Source of the DNA: Candidatus Omnitrophota bacterium
Lineage (GTDB): Bacteria; Omnitrophota; Gorgyraeia; Gygaellales; Profunditerraquicolaceae
Assembly (NCBI GenBank): GCA_028715785.1
Contig: JAQURC010000001.1
Span: forward strand, 140,766-204,765
DNA length: 64,000 nucleotides
Direction: 5' to 3'
Shown here: piece after piece, positions 19,562-28,809 of the stretch
Position numbering within the stretch: position 1 is the first letter of the stretch
How the letters are laid out: the number at the start of each line of letters is the position of its first letter
Notes under the pieces: model-generated
Told to the model about the DNA's origin: nothing
The model's database searches: none
Seen by the model: only the letters and a program-made list of their open reading frames with translations
Program-made: the position numbers and the translations under genes

Positions 19562-20104
19562 ATGACTCCGGCGACAAGGTTGCTTCGCGATAGATTAGTA
19601 GGTAAATACCTGCATTTTTCTAAACGAAATAAGTTAGCGGATGACGGCTCATTTTATTGCGCTGATAAATACTTAATGGAGCAATTAGGCATTAGCAATA
19701 GTACGATTCAAAGAGCGCGTAGTTATTTAAAAGAAACCGGGGAAATTGATTATGTTATTGGCAAACATAAGGGTAATCCTACGCGGTACTGGATCATATC
19801 AAAGGGTATCAAAATGGAACCCTTTGGACAAGAGATAAAGGGTGTCAAAATGACTGCAAAGGGTGTCAATTTGGTTGTCAAAGGGTATCAAAATGAGACC
19901 CTCTATAATAATGAAGTAAAGAAGGAAGAAAGTAAAAAGGATATACCCGATGCCCTTTCTTTTACCGAAGAAGACAAAGAGGGGATAAGGGCTTTTGCTA
20001 AGTCATATGGGGATGAGAAAGCAATTAAAACCCTGTCAGATAAAGGCTATAATCCGGAATCAATAAGGCAGATACTTGAGGGCATGGCATCATGCAAAGA
20101 ATAA
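19562..20104 (+). CDS. Hypothetical DNA-binding / replication-initiator-like protein of the integrated element
   Basis: wHTH-like segment (LMEQLGISNSTIQRARSYLKETGEI), KG[IV]KM peptide repeats encoded by DNA iterons. The start is uncertain: the track start at 19499 lies inside a hairpin + T-run. Confidence 0.35.
   Translation: MTPATRLLRDRLVGKYLHFSKRNKLADDGSFYCADKYLMEQLGISNSTIQRARSYLKETGEIDYVIGKHKGNPTRYWIISKGIKMEPFGQEIKGVKMTAKGVNLVVKGYQNETLYNNEVKKEESKKDIPDALSFTEEDKEGIRAFAKSYGDEKAIKTLSDKGYNPESIRQILEGMASCKE
19800..19900 (+). repeat. Four tandem ~20-bp iteron-like direct repeats AAAGGGT(A/G)TCAAAATG inside the Rep-like gene
   Basis: Seen directly at about 19801, 19838, 19858 and 19879. Confidence 0.5.
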
Positions 20105-20214
20105 AGACAAATCAAGATATTCATAGCCAAAATAATGCACATTTTTTTGATACTAAATTCCAAATAATGGACACTTGACTGTGCACTCTTTATATTTACT
20201 CATGCGCATTAATT

Positions 20215-20320
20215 GCTATTTGCCTGCGGTAAGCCTTCGCGCAATTCTTCCAACAAGCCTTGCGAAGGCTACCGCATACCAAGCACCAAAAAAATCACTC
20301 AAAACCACTAAGGGAGGCTA
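20215..20320. repeat. Left arm of a 106-bp near-perfect inverted repeat
   Basis: The reverse complement of 21709..21814 matches 20215..20320 with a single mismatch (A/G at 20281). Confidence 0.8.
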
Positions 20321-20333
20321 AAGCCTAAAGAAG

Positions 20334-21110
20334 ATGAGAAAAGGAAGGGTTTGTAAAGAAGAACAGAAACGCAGGATTAAGTTGTTATTAAGATTTATAT
20401 TTACTTTCAAATATGCCACTAGAAACCAAGCTGATATATTCATTCAACAGATAATGAATATGACATATACTCGCAGGCTTATTGCCTATTGTTTAAAAGA
20501 GGGTTATCTCAAATCGTGCCGGGAGCGCTGGTCTAAAGTCAAGATCTATTACTTGACTAAAAAAAGCACGGATTTTATCTTTGAAGAAGAATGTTTTGCC
20601 GAAGATTATCGCTTTGAAAAAAGCTGCCTTGGCGTAAACACGTTTAACCTGCATAATATAGCAGTCGAAGTTTATTTCAAGTTGAAAAAGCTCCTGATTA
20701 TCAAAGAATGGTTCTGCGCGTGGGTTTTGAGGATAGGCGAGCATAAAAGGGCCCTAATCCCGGATAGCGTTATAGCGCTTCAGTCCGGAACAGTTATCGC
20801 CCTGGAAATCGAAACCCAAGTTAAGAAGCTTTCTGAGTTAAAGCATTTGATTGATATATATCGTTATGATATTGACAAAAAGCCCAAGTATGATGCTGTC
20901 TTAATGGTAATTGAATATAAGTTTGATTACGAAGGCATTAAAAAAAGGCTGTTTCACCTTGCGCCGGAATTTTGTTCCAGGACCTTCCTTTTGGCAGATC
21001 TAGATATGTTTAATCAAGGATTGTGTTTTTATGCAAATGAAGTCAGAAGCTTAGAAGAAGCGTTTAAGCTATTGGAAGAGAAAAGTAGAAGTTCACCTTT
21101 GATTTCTTAA
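20334..21110 (+). CDS. Hypothetical protein; possible PD-(D/E)XK-like / replication-relaxation-like protein
   Basis: IPDSVIAL....IALEIETQVKK resembles a restriction-endonuclease-like D...ExK core. Weak call. Starts 14 bp after the left inverted repeat. Confidence 0.35.
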   Translation: MRKGRVCKEEQKRRIKLLLRFIFTFKYATRNQADIFIQQIMNMTYTRRLIAYCLKEGYLKSCRERWSKVKIYYLTKKSTDFIFEEECFAEDYRFEKSCLGVNTFNLHNIAVEVYFKLKKLLIIKEWFCAWVLRIGEHKRALIPDSVIALQSGTVIALEIETQVKKLSELKHLIDIYRYDIDKKPKYDAVLMVIEYKFDYEGIKKRLFHLAPEFCSRTFLLADLDMFNQGLCFYANEVRSLEEAFKLLEEKSRSSPLIS

Positions 21111-21231
21111 AATAAGCCTGCCAAAATCCTTGCTAAAGGCACAAGCGCGCATTAAAATATTGTTGTTTAAGGCCTGAAGAAGGGCACTAATATTGTTTTA
21201 AGCTTTCGCTCCATATAACGCTAAATCTTAA

Positions 21232-21711
21232 ATGTGGAAAACCTACCAGTACATTGCCCGCCGTTATCCAACATGGTTAACTCGAGATGAAGCAAGGCGT
21301 TTAATTCTAGAGGCCCAAAACGGCTCAAAACAAAGTAAGGATGAACTTATTCTTCGACACATTGGGTTTCTAATTTTTAAAGTCCGTACAAAACTATTTC
21401 CTGGGGTACTTAAGCGATACGGAGAGGATATGCTTGCAGAGGTTATTTTACATGCTTATGAGAAAATCAATACTTATGATTTAAATTACTGCGATAAGCA
21501 GGGGAATCCTTTACCCGTCAAATTTACCACTTATATTTGGAAGGACATAGACTGGTTTATAATAAAATCACTAAAGAGGGAGTTTGGATTAAATAAGACG
21601 CATAAGGAATATTCCAAGAATGAAGAACTTTATGAAGAAGATGACGAATTCAACGCCTACAAAAAGAATAAAATTGATCACAGAAGAAACCAACAATGGA
21701 GGCCTATTTAG
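21232..21711 (+). CDS. Hypothetical protein, possibly sigma-70 region-2-like
   Basis: DELILRHIGFLIFKV....AEVILHAYEKINTYD loosely resembles a sigma region 2 signature. Its stop codon is the first bases of the right inverted repeat. Confidence 0.3.
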   Translation: MWKTYQYIARRYPTWLTRDEARRLILEAQNGSKQSKDELILRHIGFLIFKVRTKLFPGVLKRYGEDMLAEVILHAYEKINTYDLNYCDKQGNPLPVKFTTYIWKDIDWFIIKSLKREFGLNKTHKEYSKNEELYEEDDEFNAYKKNKIDHRRNQQWRPI

Positions 21712-21814
21712 CCTCCCTTAGTGGTTTTGAGTGATTTTTTTGGTGCCTGGTATGCGGTAGCCTTCGCAAGGCTTGTTGGAAGAATTGCGCGAAGGCTTAC
21801 CGCAGGCAAATAGC
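21709..21814. repeat. Right arm of the 106-bp inverted repeat
   Basis: See the left arm at 20215..20320. Confidence 0.8.
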
Positions 21815-21901
21815 TTTAAGTGCTTGGGGATAACTGGAAATAAACCTTGACATTTCTTCCCTAACGCTATACACTTATTAATAAATGTATAGCAAAAGGG
21901 A

Positions 21902-22510
21902 GTGTACATGGGTAATAGAGAAACAGAGCTTATAAATTTCCTTAAGAGAAAAAGTGGGCTAGCTAGTTACGCGGAAATAAAAGAAGCCGGTTTTAATAAA
22001 GCCCTTCTTAAGGTTAGCCTGAATTCCGGCCGCATTCAGAAAGTTGATCGTGCGCTGTATGAACTATCCGAAGGTATTTCAGTCTCGAACCCTGACTTGG
22101 TAGCTATTTCAATCAAGGCCCCAAAGGGTGTTGTATGCCTAGTTTCTGCTCTTGCTTTTCATGGAGCGACAACCGAGATTCCTCAATTTGTAGCTATAGC
22201 TATTCCCCGCGGCGCCCATGCCAATAAAATCAAGTATCCGCCAGTAAAGTTTTACCGTTTTGCTTCCAAAGCTTGGGAAGCTGGTATAGAAGAACATAAA
22301 ATTGAAGGCCACAAAATCAAAGTCTATAATCTTGCTAAAACAATTGCGGATTGCTTTAAATTCCGTAACAAAATCGGTATGGACGTTGCGCGTGAGGCTC
22401 TTAAGGTAGCTATAACAGAAAAGAAGATTCTCCCAAAAGACATTATGAAATATGCTAAGATCTGCCGTATTGATAGTATTATTAAACCGATACTGGAAAC
22501 AATGATATGA
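21902..22510 (+). CDS. abiEi: AbiEi-family antitoxin / transcriptional regulator (type IV TA)
   Basis: N-terminal wHTH (ELINFLKRKSGLASYAEIKEAGFNKALL...RALYEL) typical of AbiEi. Overlaps the next gene by 4 nt. Confidence 0.65.
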   Translation: MYMGNRETELINFLKRKSGLASYAEIKEAGFNKALLKVSLNSGRIQKVDRALYELSEGISVSNPDLVAISIKAPKGVVCLVSALAFHGATTEIPQFVAIAIPRGAHANKIKYPPVKFYRFASKAWEAGIEEHKIEGHKIKVYNLAKTIADCFKFRNKIGMDVAREALKVAITEKKILPKDIMKYAKICRIDSIIKPILETMI

Positions 22511-23421
22511 AAAAAGATATCACTAATATTCAAGCTTCTATTCGGACCAGGCTTAAAAATAAAGCTAAAGAAACAAATCGTCCGTTTGCAGAAATTCTGC
22601 AATATTACGGCATGGAAAGATTCCTTTATAGGTTTAGCCGTTCAAAATACGCAGATAAATTTATCTTAAAGGGAGCGCTTTTGTTTACAGTATGGCAGGT
22701 TCCTGAAAGGCGGATAACATTAGATATTGATTTCTTAGCGCGCTATGATAACAAGGTGGCTAGTATTGAGACAGTAGTTAGAGATATCTGTCAGGTGCCT
22801 GTTGATTCTGACGGGCTTATATTCGATTCAGAGACGGTTCAAGGGCGCAAGATTAAAGAAGACGCTGATTACGAAGGAGTCCGCGTGAAATTTATCGGAT
22901 TTCTGGAGCGTTCACGTATACATATGCAAATTGATGTGGGTTTTGGCGATATCATCTATCCGAAGCCCCAAGTGATTGATTATCCTACTATTCTAAGTTT
23001 GCCAAAACCGCATTTTAAAGGATATCCTGTGGAAAGTGTAGTTAGTGAAAAATTTGAGGCTATGGTTAAGCTTGGTCTTTTAAATAGCCGGATGAAAGAC
23101 TTCTATGATATCTGGCTTATGATACGGCAGTTTAATTTTAACGGATCGGATCTTGCCGAAGCACTAAAAAGAACATTTGAGCATCGTAAAACTAATATTC
23201 CCGCAGGAAAGCCATTATTCGCGGAAGAAATCTATGACGAAAAATCTGATCGTCAAACACTCTGGAAAGCGTTTTTAAGAAAAGGTAATATTAAACACGC
23301 ATCGGAAAAGCTGGCTATAACAGCAAAAGAGATAGAAAATTTTCTTATTAAACCGCTGGATGCTATTAATAAGTCGAAGAAGTTTATAGGCGCATGGAAG
23401 GCTCCTGGACCATGGAAATAG
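22507..23421 (+). CDS. abiEii: AbiEii/AbiGii-family nucleotidyltransferase toxin (DUF1814)
   Basis: N-terminus ...IRTRLKNKAKE..RPFAEILQYYGMERFLYRFS...FILKGALLF is characteristic of the family. Confidence 0.75.
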   Translation: MKKDITNIQASIRTRLKNKAKETNRPFAEILQYYGMERFLYRFSRSKYADKFILKGALLFTVWQVPERRITLDIDFLARYDNKVASIETVVRDICQVPVDSDGLIFDSETVQGRKIKEDADYEGVRVKFIGFLERSRIHMQIDVGFGDIIYPKPQVIDYPTILSLPKPHFKGYPVESVVSEKFEAMVKLGLLNSRMKDFYDIWLMIRQFNFNGSDLAEALKRTFEHRKTNIPAGKPLFAEEIYDEKSDRQTLWKAFLRKGNIKHASEKLAITAKEIENFLIKPLDAINKSKKFIGAWKAPGPWK

Positions 23422-23615
23422 CTTTAACTTTGGAATATAATATTTAATCCAAAGAAATAAGTATGTGGCCCAAGATTTTTACGAGCATATGCAATCAAGA
23501 AGAAAAGAAACCTTCATGAGCCGTAGTTCATAGAACAAAGACAAGTGAAGGTTTTTTATTTAACAATATAATCTAATAACTATGGTTCATTTGGTAGGGT
23601 TGAGAGGAGGACGTA

Positions 23616-25019
23616 ATGGCAAAATTAACAAAACCAATAGTTAGAGAAATTATTGATGATTTCGTTCAAGAGATTGAAAGGCGTAAAACGAAAGGACCTA
23701 AACCCTCGAAGGAAGTAATCAATTTTAGAAATGAATTAAAAACGGGATTCGAAAGAGATGTATGGTTAGTCCCAGCCGAACTATTGCTTTATAGAAAGGA
23801 TAATGGAAGAATTGCTTCCGATGTGTTGAATTATGAAAAAAACTTTGGTAAGCTCGATGAAAAAACAGAAGAAGGGCAAAAAATTATCAGGAAATTTCTT
23901 GAAGATAAAGACGAAGAAAAGACAAAAGAATTAATGCAATCTGTTAAACATGAAGGACAACGAGAGCCTGCGATTATTACCTGTGACGGGTTTCTTATTA
24001 ATGGCAATAGAAGAAAGATGGTTTTAGAAAAACTACATGGGCAAGCGCATGATATTTATATGAAAGTAGTGATTCTTCCGGGAAAAGATGACCAAGGAGG
24101 GTCGCCTTCTCAACTCGAGATAGAACAAATCGAAAATAGATATCAACTTCAAAGTGATGGAAAAGCAGAGTATTATGCATTTGATCGAGCATTGTCAATT
24201 AAAAGAAAAATGGCTTTGGGGATGAGTCTTGAAGATCAATTAAAAGATGATCCTGTTTTTGCAGGATTGGATGACAAAAAATTTAAGAAGGCTGTTAGGG
24301 ACCATTATGACGAATATCTTAAACCCTTAGAATGCATAGATAGATATTTAGCATTATTAGGTAGAGAAGAATTATACGGTACTATATCAACTGGAATGGG
24401 AGATAGAGAAGGAAGATGGCAAGCTTTTTTAGATTATTATAATTTTGTTTATAAAAAACTTGAGGATGCAAAACAAAGGATGGAATTAGGGGTTGAAGAT
24501 AAAGAGGTGGGTAAAATTGAGTCTGTGGCTTTTAAAATAATACGTTTGAGAGGGATCGAAGGTATTTCTGATATGTCAAAAGTTCATCAAGTAATGAGAA
24601 AACTTGGCCATTGGCTTAAGAATAGAGATGCAAAGAAAGAATTAATGGCTCTTGCTAATATTGGTTTTGAACTGCCAAAAAATGAATGTTGTGATAAGGA
24701 TGGTAATGAGTATGAAATGGACATGATTGACAGATTATGGTGTAACAAAAACAGAAGCGAAATTATAAGAAGGGTAAAAAAAGCCAAATTTTTAAGAGAT
24801 AATGACAATGAAAGGGAAATTACAATTATACTGCTTGAAAAGGCATTGGAAATATTAAATGACGATTCTCTTGATCCCGAGACCGTTCCATTTGACAGTT
24901 ATTTAAATGCTATGAAATCGGCGAGAGACATTGGAGCGAGAGCCAAAGAAATTGAAGCAGAATTTTATCATTTACAAAAAAAGAATAACGAATTTTTAAA
25001 GAACAAAAAATCAAAATGA
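23616..25019 (+). CDS. ParB/Srx-like nuclease-domain protein
   Basis: QREPAIITCDGFLINGNRRKMVLEKL resembles the ParB N-terminal motif (hydrophobic–GERR–A). Strong ribosome-binding site GAGGAGGA. Overlaps the next gene by 4 nt. Confidence 0.5.
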   Translation: MAKLTKPIVREIIDDFVQEIERRKTKGPKPSKEVINFRNELKTGFERDVWLVPAELLLYRKDNGRIASDVLNYEKNFGKLDEKTEEGQKIIRKFLEDKDEEKTKELMQSVKHEGQREPAIITCDGFLINGNRRKMVLEKLHGQAHDIYMKVVILPGKDDQGGSPSQLEIEQIENRYQLQSDGKAEYYAFDRALSIKRKMALGMSLEDQLKDDPVFAGLDDKKFKKAVRDHYDEYLKPLECIDRYLALLGREELYGTISTGMGDREGRWQAFLDYYNFVYKKLEDAKQRMELGVEDKEVGKIESVAFKIIRLRGIEGISDMSKVHQVMRKLGHWLKNRDAKKELMALANIGFELPKNECCDKDGNEYEMDMIDRLWCNKNRSEIIRRVKKAKFLRDNDNEREITIILLEKALEILNDDSLDPETVPFDSYLNAMKSARDIGARAKEIEAEFYHLQKKNNEFLKNKKSK

Positions 25020-26926
25020 TCTATATTTCATTTAAGGAAAATGCGTTAATTATTCCTGATGTTAAACAAAATCTAAGCGCTGAGCAAATAAGCCAGCTTG
25101 TCTGGTTTGGTTTAAAACGTCATCCCGATAACAGTTCAATCTTATTTAATCAGGTATCTGAAGAAATCTTTCTTAAAATAATAGATTACTTAGAAACTGA
25201 AAAAGTTAAGTTTGCTTTATCTAATGATGTAAAAAATATCTTAGAACGAATTAGGCTTAGTGAAGATCATTTCCGTGATCGGTCAAAAATGGCACAAGAA
25301 TTTAAAGATGGTAAATTAAGAAGTGAAGAAATCAAACAATTCTGCCAATTTGTATCTAAGCTTCCTCGGAAATTTAAGGTCCATCAAATAAAAGCGGCGT
25401 GTCATTTGTATCTTTTAAAAGATAGTGCAAATTTTTCTGTTCCTGGTAGCGGAAAAACATCGGTCGTTTTAGCGGTTTATGAAAAATTGCGAGTAGAAAA
25501 GAAAGTAAATGTTTTGTTTGTAGTGGGACCTCCTTCTTGTTTTGGGCCGTGGAGAAAGGAATTTGAAGCTACGCTTGGAAGGAAGCCTAAAGTCAAAATA
25601 CTCTCTGGTATAGGGCAGAAACATAGAATGAATATTTATTGGGACTATCCGGAAAACGCCGAATTATGCTTAACAACATTTCAAACATTATTAAATGACA
25701 GTCTTGCGGTTAAGCAATTTTTTAAGAGGAAGAATATCGACATATTTTTAGTAATAGATGAAGCGCATTACATAAAACAGGTAGGGGGGAATTGGGCAAA
25801 AGCTGTCTTAGATATCTCATCACTAGCTAAATGTAAATGCGTACTTACAGGAACACCTATGCCTAGAAGTTATACTGATGTTTTTAATATGTTCGATTTC
25901 TTATATGGTAAATATTCGCCCTTTTCATTACAAGAAAAGATTAAGGTCCAATGGCTAGAAAAGAAGAAAGATGACGAAAAAATAAGAAACATGCTTGATC
26001 AAAAAATTGGCCCTTTGTTTTATAGGGTGCGAAAAAGAGACCTAGGGTTATTGCCTCAGATTTTCCACCCCGAAAGATTAATTAAAATGAATAAATATGA
26101 GGAGCTAATTTATAAAGCAATTGAAAATAAAATCCTCAACTATTCAAAAGACGCCTTTCTTAACAATATTGAAACGATTATGCAATTAAGGAAAGGTAGG
26201 ATTATACGTTTACGGCAATGTGTATCTTATGCAGGATTACTTGCGAAGCCTATCGAAGATTACCCTGAGAATTTAATAAAAGGGGAAATTAACCTAAGAA
26301 AAATTATTCTTAACTATGATAAGCTTGAAAAACCGGCTAAGCTTGAATTATTACTTGAGATGGTTAAGAAATTCAATTCAGATAAAGAAAAAGTAATTGT
26401 TTGGGTTAATTTCATTGGGACGTTGGAATTATTAAGGAAAGCATTGCTAAAATCAGGAATCATTTGCGAAAAGATTTATGGAGCAACTCCGGTTGAAAAT
26501 GAAAAATTAGAAAATGCAATTACTAGGGAAAAAATTATCGATAAATTTAAGAAACAAAATAGCGGACTCGATGTTTTATTATTAAATCCTGCGGCTTGCG
26601 CTGAATCAATTTCACTCCATCAAACATGTTTTAGGGCGATTTACTACGATTTATCGTATAATTGTGCGCAGTATCTTCAGTCATTAGATAGAATCCACCG
26701 TGTAGGAGGTTCTGAACATAAGACAGCGCATTATTATTTCCTTCAATATAAGAATACAATCGATGAAGATATAAAAAGCAATTTGGATAAGAAAGTTATA
26801 AGAATGAATAAAATCTTTGAGAAAGACTATTGTATTTATTCTCTTGATATGTTTGAAGAAGATGGGGATTTGGCCGCATATGAAAGACTTTTTGGTCAGA
26901 GGAAGCAAACAATTAGAAAGAATTAA
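25016..26926 (+). CDS. SNF2-family (DEAH) helicase
   Basis: Motif I GSGKTS, II VIDEAHYIK, III LTGTPMP, VI LQSLDRIHRVGG. Confidence 0.8.
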   Translation: MIYISFKENALIIPDVKQNLSAEQISQLVWFGLKRHPDNSSILFNQVSEEIFLKIIDYLETEKVKFALSNDVKNILERIRLSEDHFRDRSKMAQEFKDGKLRSEEIKQFCQFVSKLPRKFKVHQIKAACHLYLLKDSANFSVPGSGKTSVVLAVYEKLRVEKKVNVLFVVGPPSCFGPWRKEFEATLGRKPKVKILSGIGQKHRMNIYWDYPENAELCLTTFQTLLNDSLAVKQFFKRKNIDIFLVIDEAHYIKQVGGNWAKAVLDISSLAKCKCVLTGTPMPRSYTDVFNMFDFLYGKYSPFSLQEKIKVQWLEKKKDDEKIRNMLDQKIGPLFYRVRKRDLGLLPQIFHPERLIKMNKYEELIYKAIENKILNYSKDAFLNNIETIMQLRKGRIIRLRQCVSYAGLLAKPIEDYPENLIKGEINLRKIILNYDKLEKPAKLELLLEMVKKFNSDKEKVIVWVNFIGTLELLRKALLKSGIICEKIYGATPVENEKLENAITREKIIDKFKKQNSGLDVLLLNPAACAESISLHQTCFRAIYYDLSYNCAQYLQSLDRIHRVGGSEHKTAHYYFLQYKNTIDEDIKSNLDKKVIRMNKIFEKDYCIYSLDMFEEDGDLAAYERLFGQRKQTIRKN

Positions 26927-27869
26927 ATTTCCTCAAATAGCGATATTTCTGAATATACTGTTTGAAAATCGCTTATTAGAAGAAGAATTTATTCGAAGAA
27001 ATTTTCGTAGGCATTCTTACAACTACGAAAGTACAAAAAATTTTTTGATTGACATCGGTTTGGCTAAAATCGATAAGAAAGCTATTATTCCCTTAGAAGA
27101 TTTGGAAAATATAGATATTAGGAATGAAAAAGAAGAAGGTAAATTTAAAAAGTATATTATAACTAAGATAGTAAATTCTAACTCCTTTTACAAGGCTCTC
27201 TTGAAGAGTTTTCTCGGAGAATTTAGACAGGAAGAATCAGCATTAATTTTTACACCCAAATTGAAGCAAAGATTAGATTTAAGTGGCATTAGAAATTTTC
27301 TGATAGATTTTGGAGTAATCCGTTTTGATGAAGGGAACAAAGCTTATATAGTAGAAAAAGATTTTGAGGATTTATGTCCAGCTAAACGAAAAGCAAATGT
27401 CACCCTAGTTAATTTTTTACGCTGCAGGAGGGAAGAAGAGAGGCTAGGAAAGAGTGCAGAGCTTAAAATTTTAGAATTTGAAAGAAACAGATTGGCAAGA
27501 TTCCCTACTTTGTTAAAAAGAATTAAACGAATTTCTGATGTAAATATTTCTGCAGGATATGATATTCTTAGTTTTGAAGAAACTCAAGAAAATTTTCCTA
27601 ACAGATTTATTGAAGTCAAAGCAGTTCCTAACGAAGATTTTCATTTTTATTGGTCAAAGAATGAAATAGAAATGGCTATTAGCCAAAAGGAAAGATATTA
27701 TTTATATTTATTGCCAGTTGTCAGAAGGAACAAGTTTGATCTAGAGAAATTATTGATTATAAGTAATCCATATAAAAAAATCTTTGAAAATAAACATGAA
27801 TGGATGAGAGATATTGAAATATATAGCTTCCAAAAATCTGCTGGACCTCAACAATCCATTCTGTTATAA
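26880..27869 (+). CDS. DUF3883-like PD-(D/E)XK-fold protein
   Basis: C-terminal GYDILSFEE....RFIEVKAV (D...E-V-K) restriction-endonuclease-like core. Start uncertain: no Met for a long stretch after the helicase stop, so it may be translationally fused or coupled. Confidence 0.45.
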   Translation: MKDFLVRGSKQLERIKFPQIAIFLNILFENRLLEEEFIRRNFRRHSYNYESTKNFLIDIGLAKIDKKAIIPLEDLENIDIRNEKEEGKFKKYIITKIVNSNSFYKALLKSFLGEFRQEESALIFTPKLKQRLDLSGIRNFLIDFGVIRFDEGNKAYIVEKDFEDLCPAKRKANVTLVNFLRCRREEERLGKSAELKILEFERNRLARFPTLLKRIKRISDVNISAGYDILSFEETQENFPNRFIEVKAVPNEDFHFYWSKNEIEMAISQKERYYLYLLPVVRRNKFDLEKLLIISNPYKKIFENKHEWMRDIEIYSFQKSAGPQQSILL

Positions 27870-27879
27870 TAAGAATAAA

Positions 27880-28803
27880 ATGAAAGCACAGTTAAAGAAG
27901 AATAAACATGCTAGAATTGTAAAAAGTCCATTTGGGTATTTTGGATCTAAGCATAGAATAGCCCTACCACTTATTAAATATATACCTCCACATAATGCAT
28001 GGGTTGATGCATTCTGTGGTTCTGCAGCTGTAACTTTTGCTAAATCACCAGCCCAAATAGAAATAATTAATGATATTAATGGGGAAATTGTAAACTTTTT
28101 TCGGCAATTGAGAAGAAATGGTTCTGAGCTTTGCCGCGAGATTGCCATGACGCCTTATGCTAAGGAAGAATTGTTTTCTGCCCGCTTACATAAGAAAAAT
28201 CTTTCTTCTTTAGAACGAGCTAGGAGATTTTTAGTTTCTTCAATGATGGCTATCAATGGGATATTTGGGGAAGAAAAAGGAGGTTTCTCTTTTTCTAATT
28301 CTTATGCAAGGAATGGGAAAGAGGCAAGGGTTAGTCGATGGTATAATTTACCAGTCCGCTTAGAGGCAATCGTTGAACGATTGAGGAATATAAGGATTGA
28401 ACATAAGGATGCCAGAGAGCTGATTAAAGGTTTTCTTAAACGGCCTGCTACGCTATTATATCTTGACCCGCCATACTTTGCAGAAAGAACCCAAGGTTAT
28501 GAATTTGATCAGAATAATGAAAAATTCCATAAAGAACTTCTTAAATTAGTTTGTAAAGCTAAATGTATGGTAATGATAAGTAGCTACAATAGCGAATTAT
28601 ATGAATCCATTCTTACGAGCAAGCTTGGATGGAAACAGATAAAAATCGCAACACATACCCAGGGTTCAAATGGTAAGCGCATGACTAGAACGGAAATCTT
28701 GTGGTTGAATAAAAATTGTATTGATGCTAAGCGATCACAAATTGTCCCCGTGGTATTATCCAAGAAAGAAAAAAAGACGGGGAAGGTAAATCCTATCAAA
28801 TAA
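27880..28803 (+). CDS. Dam-family (D12 class) N6-adenine DNA methyltransferase
   Basis: SPFGYFGSKHR...AFCGSAAV (SAM motif) and LLYLDPPYF (DPPY catalytic motif). Confidence 0.8.
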   Translation: MKAQLKKNKHARIVKSPFGYFGSKHRIALPLIKYIPPHNAWVDAFCGSAAVTFAKSPAQIEIINDINGEIVNFFRQLRRNGSELCREIAMTPYAKEELFSARLHKKNLSSLERARRFLVSSMMAINGIFGEEKGGFSFSNSYARNGKEARVSRWYNLPVRLEAIVERLRNIRIEHKDARELIKGFLKRPATLLYLDPPYFAERTQGYEFDQNNEKFHKELLKLVCKAKCMVMISSYNSELYESILTSKLGWKQIKIATHTQGSNGKRMTRTEILWLNKNCIDAKRSQIVPVVLSKKEKKTGKVNPIK

Positions 28804-28809
28804 TAGGGA

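Noticed and set aside
21718-21909. 63-aa minus-strand ORF
   Set aside because: It lies within the right arm of the 106-bp inverted repeat. It is mirror-image sequence of the left-arm non-coding DNA.
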